Part shown: piece by piece, positions 52,271 to 55,546 of the stretch | Position numbering within the stretch: the first letter of the stretch is position 1 | Layout of the letters: every line of letters begins with the position of its first letter | Assembly: GCA_002104905.1 (NCBI GenBank) | Contig: MCFE01000587.1 | Span: 1-55,546, forward strand | Origin: Basidiobolus meristosporus CBS 931.73 | Lineage: Eukaryota; Fungi; Basidiobolomycota | Reading direction: 5' to 3' | DNA: 55,546 nucleotides | Program-made: the position numbers and the translations under genes | Notes under the pieces: generated by a model | Databases searched by the model: none | The model's input: only the letters and a program-made list of their open reading frames with translations | Told to the model about the DNA's origin: nothing

Positions 52271-55200
52271 CTTTATGCACATATAAATTTAATTGAGTCT
52301 TTGAATTACTGCCACTAAGAACATCAGGCCTTGTTACTACTATCATTTATTCCCATACTACCAACCAATAAATAGAATGACTACTGCAAGATGCTCCACT
52401 TGGCTTTCGTAAACCAAGAGCACTAAGTTTTCTGACTACGACTACCTCATTACCATTGATCTTTTCCCGAACATACAATACATCGATGCGAGTCCCATGT
52501 TGCATTCACACTCAAGTTCCTTCAGTTGTTCATGTTTACTCTTGCAAAAGTTCGTTTATTTATACCACTCTGTACGAGTCTGCGATCCAGTTGTTGAGTG
52601 TCAAATTGCTGTTTGATTTCAATTTGGGATTGTCAAAATTTGAACTATATATATATATATATGCATGTGTGTGTGTGTGTATGAATATGCAATTGATGAT
52701 GCTGCGCCAAGTGGTAAACGAACGGGCCTAATGCATTCCCTTCTTTTCCTGCGCCGCTTCCTGTAGCTTGGCATCCTTGTCCTCCTTGTATGTGTATTTT
52801 GTGGCCAAGAAGCAGAATACGATGTTGGCGACAAGACCGATGCCGCAGTAGAGGAAGTACTTGGGGGGACCTTGGATGGAGGTTCCGGCCAAACCCTCTT
52901 CAATGGCAGTGACAACCAAGTTACCAAGGGAGACGGTGAGGAGCCAGAAGGATGAAGAGGTTGACTTCATTTGGCGGCCGACCTGGGTATATGTGAATTG
53001 GAGACCGGTGGGGGAGACCATGGTCTCACCAAGGGAGAGAAGGGCCCATTGGGGCAATTGCCAGGCTCCGTGCAGACAGTTAGGGCAGCTGGTGACCTTG
53101 CCACTTGCATTACGCTCACCATCGAATCTGGACTGCACAATGTATTGGAGACCACCGGACAAAGCAAAGGAGAGGATCACAAGGAAGAAGCCAACAGCCA
53201 TACGACGGAGGAGGTAGAACCGGATACCACGTCTCTCGAGGAATGGGTAGAGAACCTTGGCGCAGAGGGGAACGAAGATCAGAATGAAGATGGTGTTGAA
53301 GATCGATGACTGCTCAGTAGAGATCTCGAGGGAGCCCCAGTTCTTGTTCATCATCTCATACTGCTCTTGCCATTCAGTACTTTGTTGATCGTAGATCATC
53401 CACCAGAACATGATTGGGAGAATCATGCCGAACACTTGACCAAACATGCGGATTTCCTCGACGAACAATGGGCCAACCAAGTCCTCGGCGAAGTTCAACC
53501 AGTTGCCACGGCGTTGGCGCTCCTCAGGGGTGGCCGAGGAGTACTTCTTGATGGCGTATACGGTACCCTTGATAGCCTTCCAGGGAAGGAACTCGCCAAT
53601 GGCTGGGACAACACGGTAATGCTTAAAGCCCAAGACGAAGATCACCAATGCAATTGCGAACAGAGCAGCGGGAAGGGCAAATGAGGCAAAGTAACACTGT
53701 GATCCGAAGCAGCTGACCTTATCCTTGAGCATTGGAGTGATGTATTGCGAGAGCAAGGAGCCACTGTTGATGGAAATGTAGAACATGGCGAAGAACCAAT
53801 CAAGGGCTTTGGTTTGATGAGGGAGATATTGATCACCACCGTGAGAAGAGACACATGGCTTGATACCACCGGTGCCGAGAGCAATCAGGGTCAAGGGAAG
53901 CATAGCAGTCCATACTGGATAGGCTCCGTAGTTGCTGATCAATCCGTTGATTGAGAAGACAGCCAAAAGGATGGTACCAATCAGGTATACCACCGACAGG
54001 TAGACAATGGTGTGGTACTTGGCCAGCCAGGAGTCAGAGATGGCCGCACCGAGGAGGGGGAAGAAGTAACACATCATGTTGAAGGCATGTGAATTCACCT
54101 TGGCCTGGACCGGGTTAAGACCCACGGCAGTCTTGAAGTATTGTTGAAGAAGATTTTTGATACCATAGAAAGTGAACCGTTCGCAGAACTCGTTGGGGAT
54201 AATGTACCAAACAGCCTTAGGGATCTTATTTGGATTCTCCAAAAGTTGTTGGTCAAGCTTGGCATTTAGCTCGCGTTCCAATCTTAGAAGTTCCTTTTCG
54301 CGACTAGTGAGTTGATCTTCATCGGCAGCACCGATTTCCATTTGCTGAAGCTCGTGAATGTCTTTATCGGTGGCCATGGTGTGAATATGAGTAGTGATGT
54401 GTATTCCACGAGGCACGATGCACCCCTTATATATTTTCAAGGCAAGCGGTCTCCTCGAACAACCTAGCTATCAGAAATCGTGGTCATGCGGACAATTTAG
54501 TCGGTGCGAAAGATCGGGTTTACTTTCTAGGCCAGGGTTAGCTGCCTGATCCTTGTACTCTACAAACTTTATTCGAAGGCAGACTCAATTCATATCCCCA
54601 AAAATGGAAACCCATCAGAAATAAGGTTCATGGTTCAGCAGTCTTGCCAATCAAATAGACAAGCACCACTAAGGTGTACAGAAAGGATCAAAAACGGAAC
54701 GCGGTTCTGTTTCAGATAGTCTGTATGGCTTCACGGGCGACCTTCAAGTAAGGCACATTCATCAGAAGTGTGATCACATGCTATGAGATTTCATTTGTCG
54801 CGGGACTGAAGATATATCATCAACTATTCAGTATAGTCCAATCGTTGACTACGATGTCTTAGCCTCTTCAAGACACTTCGCAGACAATAGGCATCCAGAG
54901 TGGTGGTTATCTGTCAATACTCGGTTTGATACTGCTGCTGGTATTCTGATAGGAGTCTACTCCAGATGTTTATCAAAGCACAGAGATAAACGCGATTTGC
55001 CGATTGTTGTATTTTAATGATTGTGGTCAATTTGTGACACCTACATTCCCATCAAATTTCTAGAATTCGATATTGACGAATTGGGCTTACGATCACTGAA
55101 TCACTTCACTGTCGAGTTCTGTTAAATCTCCCACGGATCTTTAAGGGCGGCCTATATATTTGACTACTTGGGTAGCTTATGCATTAAGTCGGGGTTTTTT

Positions 55201-55546
55201 GAAGCCCAATTGGCGGTGAGTTTTTGTGGTGAATGGGTCGTTAGAGATGTAGCTCTCTTCCCAGTATAAGTCAGAATGATAAGATTGGTTCTGCCAGTTG
55301 GACTCTGCAGTTGCGTAGGACTTCAGCACAGCATCCGATAAATTAGACTTTACTTGGATATTCAAGATCACGCTCACCGTCCCTTATAGTCCTTCCATTC
55401 CAAAACTGGACAGATCAAATATCAACTCATCATACGTGCCTCTCAGTATATCATGGAGTCACCACACTTCACTTTAAGGCTCAAGGTTAGAGTCCGGGTC
55501 AGATGATCATATCCAATTAGTCCTGGAATTAAGGGCAGTGACCACC
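52271..55546. repeat. Tandem direct duplication, copy 2 (truncated by the window end)
   Basis: Matches 48236-51510. The last bases (agtgaccacc) correspond to 51501-51510. Confidence 0.93.
52728..54377 (-). CDS. Proton-dependent oligopeptide transporter (POT/PTR2, PepT1/SLC15-like), intact, intronless, 549 aa
   Basis: ExxER motif NEFCERFTFYG, GTGGIKPCVSSHGGDQ, FYISINSGSLLS and WQLPQWALLSLGETMVSPTGLQFTY. The first true ATG is at 54375-54377; the ORF track starts at an upstream non-ATG codon. Confidence 0.95.
   Translation of the reverse strand: MATDKDIHELQQMEIGAADEDQLTSREKELLRLERELNAKLDQQLLENPNKIPKAVWYIIPNEFCERFTFYGIKNLLQQYFKTAVGLNPVQAKVNSHAFNMMCYFFPLLGAAISDSWLAKYHTIVYLSVVYLIGTILLAVFSINGLISNYGAYPVWTAMLPLTLIALGTGGIKPCVSSHGGDQYLPHQTKALDWFFAMFYISINSGSLLSQYITPMLKDKVSCFGSQCYFASFALPAALFAIALVIFVLGFKHYRVVPAIGEFLPWKAIKGTVYAIKKYSSATPEERQRRGNWLNFAEDLVGPLFVEEIRMFGQVFGMILPIMFWWMIYDQQSTEWQEQYEMMNKNWGSLEISTEQSSIFNTIFILIFVPLCAKVLYPFLERRGIRFYLLRRMAVGFFLVILSFALSGGLQYIVQSRFDGERNASGKVTSCPNCLHGAWQLPQWALLSLGETMVSPTGLQFTYTQVGRQMKSTSSSFWLLTVSLGNLVVTAIEEGLAGTSIQGPPKYFLYCGIGLVANIVFCFLATKYTYKEDKDAKLQEAAQEKKGMH

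Noticed and set aside
48236-55546. The direct repeats read as LTRs of a retroelement
   Set aside because: The units are head-to-tail, about 4 kb, contain a transporter gene, and show no gag/pol, PBS or TG...CA ends.

Overview
This is 55.5 kb of compact, intron-rich eukaryotic DNA (short GT-AG introns, CTAAC-type branch points). The gene set (fused ADE5,7, Sho1-like sensor, fungal NirB-NirD nitrite reductase) points to an early-diverging fungus of Mucoromycota or Zoopagomycota type; the taxon is inferred, not established. I spliced about 21 genes by hand. Most are housekeeping: importin beta, Sfp-type PPTase, ribophorin I, YME1, tRNA m3C methyltransferase, alpha-actinin, nucleotide-sugar transporter, ADE5,7, acyltransferase, RING E3, NHP10-like HMG protein and U2B''. 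The unusual structure is as follows. (1) Two old paralogous IQ-motif genes lie tail-to-tail. Their 5' halves are strongly diverged, but their 3' ~1.76 kb, introns included, are nearly identical. This forms an inverted repeat around a Sho1-like gene and an acyltransferase, and the shared part encodes an IQ plus coiled-coil module resembling centriolar CEP97. (2) A gene the ORF track splits into fragments splices into a TACC-domain spindle protein. (3) A PAK kinase carries two tandem CRIB modules and an HRDIRSDN catalytic loop. (4) A nitrite reductase with a degenerate Rieske ligand sits beside a ~4.03 kb tandem duplication of an intronless PepT1-like POT transporter. One transporter copy is frameshifted, and no nitrate reductase or NRT2 gene is visible. 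Family assignments rest on motifs recalled from memory; no database searches were run. Exon boundaries are manual, and some 5' ends are uncertain.
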